From NCBI RefSeq assembly GCF_002105155.1, contig NW_019029009.1, forward strand, positions 124,001-188,000: a stretch of 64,000 nt of DNA, given 5' to 3'. The notes beneath the pieces were generated by a model. The model was not told the DNA's origin, made no database searches, and saw nothing but the letters and a program-made list of their open reading frames with translations. Position 1 is the stretch's first letter. Each line of letters opens with the position of its first letter. The translations under genes were made by a program, and so were the position numbers. This document shows positions 40,328-53,848 of this stretch, piece by piece. The stretch is from Lobosporangium transversale. Lineage: Eukaryota.

Positions 40328-40885
40328 GTTCGAAGCGGATCGCAGGTCGGTGAATATCACCATCAACTCATTTGGCACAGAGCTGACCAAGGACGATCGC
40401 GCGAAGCTGTTTCCTAATATTGGACGCTTATACCCTGAGGGCAACCTCAAACTTGCAAGGTCAGACGATGCCGAGCAAGTGAAGGCTATCTGCGATGTTT
40501 TCTTGGTAATGCTATTACCGAAATGAATGAACTACAATATCATTGCCTGTCTCTTATCCCAGCTTCTTCTGATGTATTCTATCTAACTGACACTTTTTTT
40601 TATTTTTGTGGAAAAAAAAAAAAAAAAAAATAATTGTACCTACAGGAATATCGTCAATTCTTTGATAACAGTTCTGCCACAGGATCATCTAAGGCGCTTG
40701 AAGACCGCTTTTTTGAATATGAAGTTCATCTTAACAAGAAGTCGTTCCAGCAGCAATTCCACTATGGACTCTTTTACTCCTTTTTGAAACTCAAGGAACA
40801 AGAGATTCGTAATATTGTTTGGATTGCAGAATGTATCACTATGGGTCAGAAGGAACGTATTAACAACTACATTCCTATCTTTTAA
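39266..40885 (+). CDS. VMA6: V-type ATPase V0 subunit d
   Basis: [56 protein letters not shown]; five exons. Confidence 0.97.
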
Positions 40886-41112
40886 GGCTGTGCTCTTTTA
40901 AGGCTGTGTTCTTTTTTGTTTTTTTTTTTATTTGAGATGTAGCACAATTGAAACCAATGGGAAAGTGACACAATAAAATAAACGTATCAAGGCGAACAAC
41001 ATCATGAGCATAGGATGTTTGGGAGCCAATTTCTTAACTTTATTGATATTATACAAAAGAAAGTACCATTTAAAGGAATAGAACAAAAAAAAAAAAAAAA
41101 AAAAAAGAGATC

Positions 41113-41510
41113 TTATTGGATGTCGCGCCTGAACCCTTCCAGGACTGCGCGAGCCCTGCCACTTTCAACACTTTGTCTTGCAAGGATAACAGCATCCTCA
41201 AAATTGTCAGTCTTGCCTGCAACTACCAAAAGAGCAGCAGCGTTCAGCAGGACAAAGTCCAAAATTGGATGTCCGGGAGACTTGAACTTGTTGTTGAGTA
41301 GATCATCCAAAATGGCTGCATTCTCTACGGGACCACCTCCGCGAACAGATGACAATGGGTGTGAAGGAAGTCCAAATTGTGCGGGCGTGATATCCTCCTC
41401 AATGACTTTACCATCTACCAGCTTCCAGACCTTTTTATCCAAAAAAAAAAAAAAAAAAAAAAATTAGAAAGTTAGAAGGAAACGGGCTTGGTGGTGAGAC
41501 ATGCACATGC

Positions 41511-41544
<34 letters not shown>

Positions 41545-41968
41545 GGCTTTGCTTACATGTGTCTCTGATTCAGGGCTGATCTCATCCAATCCATTGGCGC
41601 CACAAACGACCATTCCTGAGATGAGACCCATGAGTTTTAGGCTTTCGATCATAAGAGCACCCAGACTTCTAGAGTGAACGCCGACGACGACTCGTTTAGG
41701 TTTTACCGGATTACTCAAGGGTCCCATCAAGTTGAAGATGGAGGGAACACCTAATTCTTTCCTAGGAAGACTCGTGTTCTTCATAGCCGGGTGATAAGTT
41801 TGGGCGAAGAGAAAACAGAATCCATGATCATCAAGCAATGGAGCTACATCGTCCGGTTGGACATTATCGATCCTGCATCCAATCTTTTCTAAAATATCAG
41901 CAGATCCACATGCGGATGAAGCAGCTCTGTTCCCATGCTAAGATGAATATATAAATATATATATTGTA

Positions 41969-42001
<33 letters not shown>

Positions 42002-42550
42002 TAGTAAAAGATAGTAAAAAGATAAATGAGTCAGTGGGCGGGCTGAGTAATTTAGTGTGAAGAAAAGAATCATGCTCTTTTTATGGGTGGTACGAACTTT
42101 GTCTGCATTGATTGCATGAATCTAATGAGTATTGTATTTATTACTTTTTTTTTTTTTTACCTTGGCAACTTTGCATCCTGCGCCTGCAGCGACAATTGCA
42201 GCAGTTGTGCTGACATTGAAGGTATCATGACCATCGCCGCCGGTGCCGACGATATCGACAAGTTGTTCCTGAAGAGTTGGGTGTTGTTCAAAGGAGATGG
42301 GAAGGCCATGGTTACTCATTTCAACAGCACAGGCAGCTACGATGGCCGGGTCTGAATCGAGTTTTGTGAGTTTGAGACCAACAAGGTAGGCACCAATCTG
42401 AGCTTGAGTGGCACGACCCTCCATAATCTCTTTTGTTGCAATGGTAGCATCTTGAGTGGTGAATGTGTCGGGTTTGTGGACCAACTTTTGAAGAATGGGG
42501 TGCATAGCAGTCTTGAGAGCAGGAACTTTTTGAGGAGGTTCTAAAGTCAT
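41113..42550 (-). CDS. TRP4: Anthranilate phosphoribosyltransferase
   Basis: DIVGTGGDGHDTFNVST, KHGNRAASSACGSAD, FLFAQTYHPAMK, FNLMGPLSNP, GLDEISP. Confidence 0.96.
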
Positions 42551-43171
42551 GACGAACTAAAAAAAAAAAAAATAAAAAAATAAAAAATAAAAAAAAATAA
42601 AAAAAAATTGAATGTAGAGGAATGAAGAAAGTGTTTATAAGGGTTAAGGAGACAAAATAAAGAAAGCAAAGTGAAGAGAGAATGAATGTGAATGAAGAGA
42701 AAGAAAGAGCCAAGTTTAAAAGAAGAAAGAGTGGGACCTTTATTGCCGGACCTGATTCTGTTATCAAGATCGATGGTGCCATCTGCATAGCCAAAGAATA
42801 TAAATGAATTAAAATATTGACTGTCAAAGAATATAAATATATATTATATATATATATATATGTATATATATGCTGTATACAAGGCGACTAACATTGAATG
42901 TTTACATTTGGAAAATTCCTCGGCAACCCGCGCCTAAGTGCCCAGTGCCCAGTGCCCAGTACCTAGTGCCCAGCGCTGATACCAGAAGACTCATCACGCT
43001 TATTATATATACATTTGCACGATAACAATGCAAAGCGCCAGCTCAGCTTTGATCCAATAACAAATGATCCAAAGAAAACGTGACTTACAACGCGCGCCTA
43101 AATTCATTCGCAGTAAGGGAAGGTGGCTACATGACTGCGGCTCCGCCCATTGTCTGCCATCATTCTTCACA

Positions 43172-45009
43172 ATGCCAACTACACCTAGACGGCCGAGACA
43201 GACTAACAATAATCCTGTAGGAACAAGTGAGCACCAGGGACAAGGACAAAGGCAAGGACAAGGACAAAGAGGAAGAACGACCCCACAGGGTCTTCAAACA
43301 CCAGTCAATAATCGCAATAGCAACAACAACAACAACAACAACAATAATGTCAATAATAGTAATAACAATGTACAGACACCACGTTTGCGGTCTTCAACAA
43401 GATCTGCTACTGCGATAGCCTCGCCGTCAGGCAATACGCCTATTACCGGTATAGGAGATAGCGGCGGTCACAACAACAGTAATAATGCATCAGAAACCTG
43501 GGGCGCAACCACGTCCCCAAACAATAGTTTTACAACCCCAACTAGGCCTTCGCGTCGACTCTCTAGCGTCCCTAGTGGCGGAGGTGGCGTCGGAAGTGGG
43601 GAATGGAATTCTTTAGTAATGGGAGGAGGAGGGGTCGGTATTTCCGGAGGAGGTGGTAGTGGGCCTGGATCAGGATCAGCATCCTCGACCACTCCAGTCA
43701 CACCTACTACAAACCCAACATCTCGTCGCCTTCGCGGACCACCATTACCAAACCCACATGTTTTATTGAAGCGTTCAACAGCATCTTCTGGAAGTATGAC
43801 GGGTTCAGTGAATAATAGCTTTAGCAACACATTAGCGTCTCTTACTGAACTCTCGCCTAGTGGCGGTGCAGGTGCAGTAGGAGCCGGATCAAGGACCCCA
43901 AGCAACTCTGCACGGAGATCACAAATGTCTACATCTAGTCAAAATATGCGAGTACTTCCATCACCATTTGCGAATTATCCAGCGAGTTTATTGGAGAACA
44001 CCAATTTGTCATCACCAATCAAGAACTTCGTTATCCCTACTGGATCGACACCATCGCCTTTCCCGCTGGTTAGTGGCGGTATTGGCAGCAGTGGTGCTTT
44101 GATGTCAGGAGGCTCAGGATTGCAACAAGGATCAGCCTCTATATTCGAGATCGATTCGATCCCTAATTCTCTTGATAGTAGGCTACTCACAAGAGGAGAT
44201 AGTCAAGGGGATATGATTGGTGGATACGACGGCAGTTATTCTTCTGCAATAGATTTTTTTACACCAGCAGAAACACAGCGCGATAAGGGGACTGTGGATG
44301 GTATGCGAGCATGGCGTACGGATGCGATGCATCAACACATGTATCGGACAGCTGCGTTTTGGGGCGATAAAGTCCTCAGCATCACTGGTAAACCATTCTC
44401 TCTTTTTTTTTTTTGTTTTTTTGTTTTTTTTTTTTTTTTTTGTAAATATATTCTAAACCTATGCCTATTTACGTCAAATACAAAGTTTTGTTCCGCTAAT
44501 TCGTTATTGTTATTGCTATTACTATAATTGTTAATAGATGATTCGAATGACGTCTTTTGGCTTTCACAAGTATATTATCTAATGGGGGAATATGGGCGAG
44601 CCATCAATTTACTGCAAAAGAAAGATTTGTTAGAGTCTTCAGTGGCATGTCGATTTTTGGCAATCCAGTGTATGGTAAGTAGTTTCAAAAATAGATAAAG
44701 TCATGGCTTTTTTTATTTCGTCCGAATCGCTAATCAAGTCAATCTCTTTATTTTCTTTTCATTGGGTTCCAATGCATTGATAGATACGGACAGAGAGGTG
44801 GTCAGAGGCATTGGAGTATTTAGGGGAGGAAAACCAGTATGCGCACGATAGTTTATCCGAAAGCAGTATGAACCCCGCTGATGGGGGGATCAAGGTAATG
44901 AGAAACAAAGATGTTTTTTGGTGACCCAATGGGTCTATATTGTCATAATATTGAAGCAACCACTCAATGTAAAAGTATCGTTTACTCATTTACTCATTCA
45001 CCCGTTGGG

Positions 45010-45042
<33 letters not shown>

Positions 45043-45772
45043 CTCATTAAAGCTCGAGGCATCAATGTGCTATCTTCGAGGGGTTGTGTTCAAGAGCATG
45101 CATAATATTGACAAAGCCAAGGAATGTTTTAAGGAAGCGCTTCAGATTGATGTCAAGTGCTACGATGCATTGGATAGTCTCATTTCTAATAACATGTTGA
45201 CAAGCAAAGAAGGTGTGTTAATACAATACTACATCCCATCCTACATAATGGGTTTGATCTTTAAACCAAAAAAAGTCTTTGTCTTTTATTTTATTTTTAT
45301 TTTATTTTATTTATTTTTTAATTTTTCATGGTAAATAGAACGTGAACTGATCGAAAGCCTTGATTTTGACAATCAGTTACATGGCCCAGACTCGGAATTC
45401 GTCAAGATGCTCTATCAATCCAAGCTGAAAAAGGTAAGCAACATGAACAGGAGAGAAGCCAAGATTCAAAAAAGAAAGAAATTAGGCAATAGAATACAGC
45501 TATGAAAAAGAGGAGACTGACAATTGTAAATTTATGCATTCATATCTAGTATGACCACCTTGACGAACAGGACGAGATTTACCAGTCCCTCAGCGCGAAG
45601 TTCAAAACCGAAAACACAGATCTGTTGTACTCCAAGGCAGAGATGTATTTTACACAATGCTCGTTCGACAAGTGCCTTGAATGCACTAAAAAGTATGAAG
45701 CGCCTCATATTGTTTATTTACATTTGTTTATATACATACATCCTAACAAACTTATCTTTTATATTTTACTGG

Positions 45773-45811
<39 letters not shown>

Positions 45812-47381
45812 AATTTTAACTCACAGAGTCTTGGAAATGGACAAGTTCAACTTGGCCTGTATTCCGATGCATCTGGTCTCGCTTTATGAACTCAACCATA
45901 AAAACGAGCTATTCTATTTAGCACACGAACTGGTTGATCAGCATCCAAAGCATTCAGTCTCATGGTTCGCTGTGGGTGTATATTACTACTTGATCGGAAA
46001 CATGGCCGAGGCTCGGCGATATTTTGGGAAAGCGTCGACTATTGATGGACATTATGGACCTGCCTGGATTGGATTTGGGCACTCATTTGCGTTGGAGGGT
46101 GAGCATGATCAAGCAATTTCTGCATATGCAACAAGCGCTAAACTGTTTCAAGGGTAATAATGAATTAGAAGGATTAAGGAAAAAAAAAAAAAAAAAAAAA
46201 AAAAAAAGATACCATCGTCATGATCTGATACCTCTATTTTCTATCCCTTTGTTTATTTATCTGTTTATTTTATTTTATTTTTTTATTACACTTGAACGTC
46301 AAGATCACATCTAGGGCCTATGTACATTGGGATGCAACACCTTCAACAGAACAATGTTCTTTTAGCGCAAAAATACTTGACATTTTGCTTGACGATCTGT
46401 GATTCGGATCCGTTGTTACTAAGCGAGATTGGCGTGGTTCAGTACAACTTGGGACAGTATGACGCTGCTGTTGAATCATTCCTTAAAGTGATTGAGAAGT
46501 TGAAGGGGTCTCAACGGAAAAACGTCATTTGGGAGACAACGTGGCTCAACCTGGCACACTCGTATCGGAAGCTTGGGTACGTTTCTGATCTTGATTGATA
46601 TATACGGGCAATGGTGCTACAGAATGAAGGAGTTAAAGGTTTGATAATTAACCTATTATTTATTTATTTTTTATTTTTTTATTTTTTTATTTTTTTATTT
46701 TTTTATTTTTTATTCTTCTCCTTATCCGTTTGTGGTGATAGGAACTACACGGATGCGGAGACATATTTCTTGAAAGTAGACGCGATTTCGATGACGGGTC
46801 CGGCCAAAGCATCTGCACAAACAGGACTCGGGTTTATCTACCAGATTATGAATCGATCATCTGAGGCTATTGAATGTTATCACAAGGTGCTGGCGATCCG
46901 ACCAGGAGATCAAATTGTTTCTGAAATGCTCAGGAAGGTGTTAGAGGACAAGGTTTACTTGTCACAAATGGAATGGATGAATGAGACTTTGCCCTTACAG
47001 CTTCGAGGGGTCCCATTGGCAGAAAAGATCGAGCAAGAGAATAAAATTTTGGATAGGCTAAGGGAGCAAGGTCAAAATGGTCGTCGGAGAGGAACATCAC
47101 CAGCACCACCGACAACGGCAGCACCAGCATCAACAACACCAGGAACAGCAGCAGGATTATCAAGAATGATGACAGGAATAGAGAGAGTAAAACGAAAGGG
47201 ATCCCTAATAGATTTATCAGAACCATCGACAGCAATAACACGAAGAAGGACGCGGAGAGGATTTAAAGAGATACGGAGTGAAGCTGAAGAAGAACTAGAA
47301 GAAGAAGAAGAAGAAGAAGAAGAAGAAGAACAACTAGAACAATTAGAAGAACGTTCTGACGATGACATGGATATCCAATAA
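43172..47381 (+). CDS. CDC16: Anaphase-promoting complex TPR subunit Cdc16/APC6/Cut9 with long disordered N-terminus
   Basis: [72 protein letters not shown]. Confidence 0.93.
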
Positions 47382-47638
47382 ATATATTCCTATGATCTTT
47401 ACCTTTTTTTTTTTTTTCGTAATGGGGTTTATTTTTTTTATTCCATGATTTGATGTAACGACAAGCTTTTTTGATCTTTTGAAAGAACAAAATAAAAAAA
47501 ATAAAAAAAAAAAAAAAAAAAAAAAAAGAATCAGTCCTATGTTAAAAACAAAGACTTCTTAGAAAAACTGATAGAGAACTAGATAGAAATAGATAAGAAA
47601 GAAAAAGCATTTTTATTTCCTTGTTTCTAGATGAGCTT

Positions 47639-47862
47639 CTACATGTCTTCGTCTGAGAAGAGGTCCTCTTCTGGAAAATCTCCGGTTTGGACCTTGTCAG
47701 GTCGGACAAAGGAACCATGGTTGGGAGGGCACGTAAAGTAACGTACACCCTGCACACTGCCATCGTTCTTTCCTAAAGGCTCGTCATAGTGCACACCAAC
47801 CCAGAGTCCGGTCTGGAACTCAGTTGGACCTATTTGACAGTAACAATCAATGAATTTAATAA

Positions 47863-47909
<47 letters not shown>

Positions 47910-50255
47910 AAATATAAGTAATTAAATAAATCTCTAACGAACGAAACGAACGAACATTTTCGTTTCATGTTCTAAACTTACCAATGAACTTGACAGTGCC
48001 TCGACGTTTCATTTCACCACCAATGTTGACTTCACACCGATCACCGAGCTTAATATTCTTGGCAGCTTCTTCATAGGCTCGATTCTGAGCCGAAGCGGAT
48101 GAAGAATCCGAAGCAGCATCATTGAATCGTCCAAGGTTATTCCGCTTCTTGAAAGCTAGAACCGTATCTAATTATTGATGACAGATCAGAAAAATAAAAA
48201 TAAAGAATAAAAAAGAAAGAAGAGAAAAGTGTGTAACAAGAATCAGAAGACCATGTCTATGTACTTTAATGGGAGAGTAAAGAGATTTGGCTCCTCATTC
48301 TTGGTATTGTAAAAAATAAAAAAAACCACACACGTAAACAAAAAGCGCGGGCATTAAATGTAAGAAGCATAGATGGGGGTTCATATTCAATGAAAGGATT
48401 ACAAATGTGAACCAAACACCACCACACCATTATGTAAACAAACAAAAGACAATCGTCAGAACGGCTTAACGAGCTTTATGAGATGACCAATATAATTTTT
48501 TTTGTTGCTGTTGCTGTTGTTGTTGGTAGCAAGACGAGTAAGGTGATTAAGGAAGATGTAACCAAACGGGGTCACATGTGTACATTGATTTGATTGTACA
48601 ACAAAAGTGCGGTTGCATCATAAAGAGAGATCACGCTTCATGACCATTGTCCATCGTGACACCAAAAGGAAAACAAAGTTGATTAAAATACGTTTTTGCG
48701 CACGCACATTCCACCTGCTTTTACACCCACTTTCATCAAATAAAAGATGGGCTTCATGTGATTTTTTTTTTTTTTTTTTTTTTTTTGTTACAACAGTTTT
48801 ATCCAAAGATCCTAGTTAGGTCAGTAATGAAAAAGTGGCGGGATTCGAGTATTTCATTTTTTTTTATTTTTACCTGTTCTCTTTTCATACTCTTCATCGG
48901 GAAGTTCATACTTTTCCACGAGTGATACATCATTGAATCGTCCCTTGACGCGTGAGGGATTAGTATCGATCACCTGTAAAAGTAAAGGAAGTAAAGGAAG
49001 TAAAGGAAGTAAAGGAAGTAAAGGAAGTAAAGGAAGTAAAGGAAGTAAAGAAAGTAAAGAAAGTAAAGAAAGTAAAGAAAGTAAAGAAAGTAAAGAAAGT
49101 AAAGAAAGTAAAGAAAGTAAAAGGGTTTAAAAAAAAAAAAAAAAAAAGTAACGGTGCAACGAGGAGATTCGCGTTTTTTTAACATCATGTTCTAGATCGA
49201 CAAAAATCGGATCGCTGATCACACATTGCATGCTTTTTTTTTTTTTTTTAGAGTTAAAAAAAGATGCAAAAAAAAAAAAAAAAAAAAAAAAGCTTACATT
49301 GATTCTCCAATAGTTCTCAATAGGAAAGGCTCCGAGCATGGTTCCTTCGGGGTGTCCCTCGAGCGATGTGACGAATGTATCATTGTGGTACAGCTGCAAC
49401 TGTTGGAACGAAGGACTGATTCCAGTAATGGGCTCGAGCTTGACCTAGAGATTTTTTTGAAAAAAAAAGAGAAAGAGAGCCATCTTGAATAAGACTTTCA
49501 TAAACATAAACTATCATGAACACACAACGATCATGAGCTCATTCACCCACTTTGTCAACAAAAAAAAAAAAAAAAAGCTTGTAAACTGCAGGGGAGATGG
49601 GATTGAAGAGTTTGTGGTAGAGATGACTTCCCGCGCCCCGCCAATGTCCCGCAATGTGGAGTTGAAAGTAAAAAAAAAAAAAAAAAAAAAAAAGTATCCT
49701 TCTTTCCCAGATAAACAACGATGGTGATACATCATGTGGAGAGGTCAGGAAGCAGAGTTTATTCCGTCGTGTTTTTATGTAAATCTAGTAGATCTTCCCT
49801 TTCAGTTACAAGTTACATTTCATCGTTACCGGCCACCATTCTCCTTTCCCTCCATCCCCCCACTCCCTCGTTTTTTTTTTTTTGATTGTTTCAGTCAATG
49901 CATACGATGCATAGCAAGGGGCAGTGAGTGATGAAAGGATAAAAAGAAGTAAACTTTTTTTTTTTTTTTTTTTTTTTGATCACTTTTCCCAGGGTTCAAT
50001 TGATCCGCTGTGGATCTAATAACTTTTTTAGATATCATGTGCTCTGTTTATTTACCATTATTATAAAATATTATTATTATTATTATTATAATAGTAACAA
50101 TAATAATAGTAATAGTATTTTATAACTGCAATTATATACTATTGTTATTTGTTTTTTGATTTGTTTACCTTGAGGTTATCGATTGTCAATGCTTTGGACA
50201 GTCTAAGTTCTGTTGAGTTGTTTTCACTTGTGACATAGACATTGAGGATGGACAT
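47639..50255 (-). CDS. TBCB: Tubulin-folding cofactor B (Ubl plus CAP-Gly)
   Basis: Exons 50255-50169, 49444-49298, 48973-48874, 48167-47982, 47829-47639; [14 protein letters not shown] and [23 protein letters not shown]. Confidence 0.92.
48981..49121. repeat. 9-bp minisatellite, (AGTAAAGGA)n switching to (AGTAAAGAA)n
   Basis: About 15 units directly visible inside TBCB intron 2. Confidence 0.95.
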
Positions 50256-51766
50256 GATGACAAAGAAAGTTGCTGTGTGTGTATGTTGTATGTTTGTATG
50301 AATGTAAGAGATCGAAAAAAGAAATTGGCTTGTTTTGACTGAGAGAATGGAAAAAAAGAGAAATGAGGAAAAGCAAAAATGGAATGAAAATGAATTACAC
50401 CTTCATATTTAAATAATTTTATGCCGTGCCGTGCTCTTTGGGCAAGCGTTTTTCTTTAAAAGAAAAAAAAAATCCAAAGGAAAGTGCAACGCATTTATTT
50501 TATTTTATTTTATTTTTTCTTTTAAAGCGTGTCAATGAAACTGGCTAGATTTCGTTTTCTTTGGCGATGAATGCTGAAGGGAGAATGCATGTCATGGTGA
50601 TCTGGATCGAGCACATTTCACTCTGTTTTATTAACGATAGTAGTTGCTGTCTTTTACAGAGATAGCCATGTGTTTGTTCCCTATACCTCGTTAGAATAAA
50701 AATACATTTAAACATGGCAGACCTGCGAATGTCTCGGTCGTACATTCTACTCTATTACTCTATTACTTTATTTTCATTACACAGAACACGGAAATGTTAT
50801 TCATTGATTCATTTTTTTTTTTTTTTTTTTTTTATCCCGCTACTTCCAACATTCTTGCTTCTGCTTCTCTCTCTTTTTTTTTTTTTTTTTTTTTTTCTTT
50901 TCTTTTCTCTCTGTCTCTTCATCCTTCCGCTCTCACTCCTTTCAAATCCTCCCTCTCATTCTACCTCATTTCATTTCCTTCTCATTCCTCACTCTCCTCT
51001 CCTCTAGTTTCTGGCATCATTACATCCACCCTGTAATTTTTATTAAAACACAAACCCACCCACTCACGCCGGAACAGAAGAAAACAGAAAAAACAACTGT
51101 AAATGCTTTTTTTTTTTTTCCCTTTCTCTTGAACAGATACATGATATTCGCTTGCTACTCATCAACCTAGGAACCCCCTTTCCAATGACAATTATCCTTT
51201 TTTTTGTTTTTTTTTTTTCTTGACTTAATCCTAGTTTTTATCTTTTCTTTTTCGGACAAATCGCGTTTCTGTTATTTAAAACGAAGGGGAAAAGATAAAT
51301 AAGGATCCTGTTGACATTTAGGAGCTTTATTTCTGGTTTATTTTTAAGCCCAAAAAAAAAAAAAAAAAAAAAAAAAAGTGACGATGTAAGCCAGTCATTC
51401 TCATTGTGTCTATTTTCGAGAGATGTGTGTATCATAAGCATTCATTGCAATCATCTCTTAGACATCTTGGACGATATCCTTCCTCTTTTTTTTTTTTTTC
51501 TTCTTCCTTTCTTTATATGCATATGTGTTTCTAAAATACGAGCGCCATAACAATCCATTACCCATATCATCATTCATATTCTAACCAATCCAATATATCT
51601 TGTTCGCTCTTTTCTCTATTCATGACCAGTTCTTTTTTTATTATTATTAATATTATTATTATTATTATTATCTCCTCTTTTTCTTTGATCCACCTTGCTC
51701 TTATTGAGCAGCCACACCTCGCATTGATACATCATAGCTAAAAGTGAAGTCAGAAGAACAAAAATC

Positions 51767-51992
51767 ATGAATCAATTCCAATCCTTCTCTCAGCCCCAGC
51801 CACTGCCCGTGTCAGAATATGCTTTTCCAGGAGTTCTGCAGTTCCTTCAGTCCGAATGGCGTCGATTCGAGCGTGATAGGAATGAATGGGATATTGAAAA
51901 GGCTGAAATGAAGGTAATGCTGAACTGCAATCACAATTACCAACTTACAAGCTGATCTTTTATAAGCTCAAAGACTAAAAAAAACTGCTTTT

Positions 51993-52032
<40 letters not shown>

Positions 52033-53809
52033 AATTTAAATGCTTCTAAATATAATCATCATCAAGGCACGCATTGCCTTTCTAGAAGGCGAGAAGCGTG
52101 GTGTTGATAACATCAAGATTGATCTTATGAAGCGTGTCAAGATGCTAGAATATGCCCTGAGACAGGAGAGGTAAAAAAAAAAAAAAAAAAAAAACATCTG
52201 ATGAGAGTTGGTTGGTCTGCTGCTTCATTTATTCATATTTCATATTCATATGCTTGATTGTATTATCCACACATGCATTTTCATATGCTATCCTCCTCGA
52301 CCTCCATTCAATCAATTTTATTTTCCACGTTGAAAATCTGCCAAACAAGGGGTGTGTGTATTTTATGAAAGCTTGTTTATACTCGAGCCTTCTGGCTCTA
52401 CCAATAATGTTCCCATCCCTTTCCAGCATCTTAAAAAAAAAAAAAAAAAAAAAAAGATCAGCTGCAGTGAGAGTGAATAACAGGGTTGAGTATTAATATT
52501 GGGATTGAGCTTGTTACTGATACTTTTTATTTGTTTGTTCTCATGATGTAAACGAAATATGATTTAGGAGTAAATACGTCGAAAGCAAGGATAGCAATGC
52601 GGTCAGTGCCCCATCACAATCCCCATCCGGTGGTGTAACTCGTAAGTATTTTAAATGATAACTATAACAAACAAAAAGAAAAGACTCGTGATACTTGTCA
52701 AAACACAGATTATATTATTCTCTCGGCTAGGCGTTGAGATCTTATCTCAGAAACTTCACATTCCCATGTGTACATGGATAGGGCGATGCAAATGATGACC
52801 ACATGGTCATACACACCTGAAAAAAAAAAAAAAAAAAAAAAAGCTAATTGATTACGCTCCGTAATTAATCAAAATTAATATAGCGTCAAGTGCAAACGGT
52901 GTTACTGGACAAGTAAACAACAAGGGCATGAACAGGTTGTCGACTTATAGCAATCCAGGACAGAACATGAGTCAAGTCAGCCCAACTTCCTCAACCCCTG
53001 CATTTGATCCAATAGGACGCGCAAAGAGCAGGGAGTTCCTGAGAATGTAAGCATTGCTCTCTTGCTCTGTGCTCTGTGCTCATCTTCCTATTCTCATGTG
53101 TAGTGTTGGTTCATATGTCTCCTGACACACCAGTTTTTCTCATGAAAACCCTCTAGATGTCTTCAAGAAATCAGCTATTTGACCTCTTCTGTGCCTCAGT
53201 CCATTGCAGTAACCATGCCGCCAGCACCAAGTCGACTTGCTCGAAATGAAGCCGATAGGCGTTCGGCTGCTGTAGGAGCTAGAAATAGAAGGAGCGACTT
53301 TTTCCCTGCCAACCAGTCGGCCGTAGCCCCACCACCTTTGAACAGAGCAAATTCAGTCCCTGTCTCCACTCTACAGTCATTTTCTGCACCAAAGCCCTCT
53401 GCTCTTACCCAGCCTCTGGACCCAGCAGATGTGGGAATCGCTGGCGCCCCAGTTGAGGATAAGATCGAGGACGCCACTCTGCGACAGTTTCCATCCAAGC
53501 CACGCTCAATAGTCGCCGAGGGATTGACAAATACCACAATAGCAGCCAAGACAGCTTCGAAGTCTGCTCCTGCCCCTTTGGTCACTCCCCCTTCAAATGG
53601 CGCAAAACAGGAACAAGAGAAGGCTGCCTCTGATGAATCGGACAATGTCGACGAGGAGCCTATAACCGTCATGCACTCGCCACTTTCCGGAGAACAATGG
53701 CATGCTCAACTTCAAAAGGCAGGCCAGCAATTGTCTCAGCAGTCCAAATCCAAGAAGACAGGTACCAAGGTTGAGGATGAGGTTCAATTGGTAATACTCA
53801 TGCGAGCTA

Positions 53810-53848
<39 letters not shown>

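Noticed and set aside
42027..42033. TGAGTCA Gcn4/AP-1 site in TRP4 intron 1
   Set aside because: On the coding strand it reads CTGAC, a plausible branch-site sequence; a single 7-mer is weak evidence.
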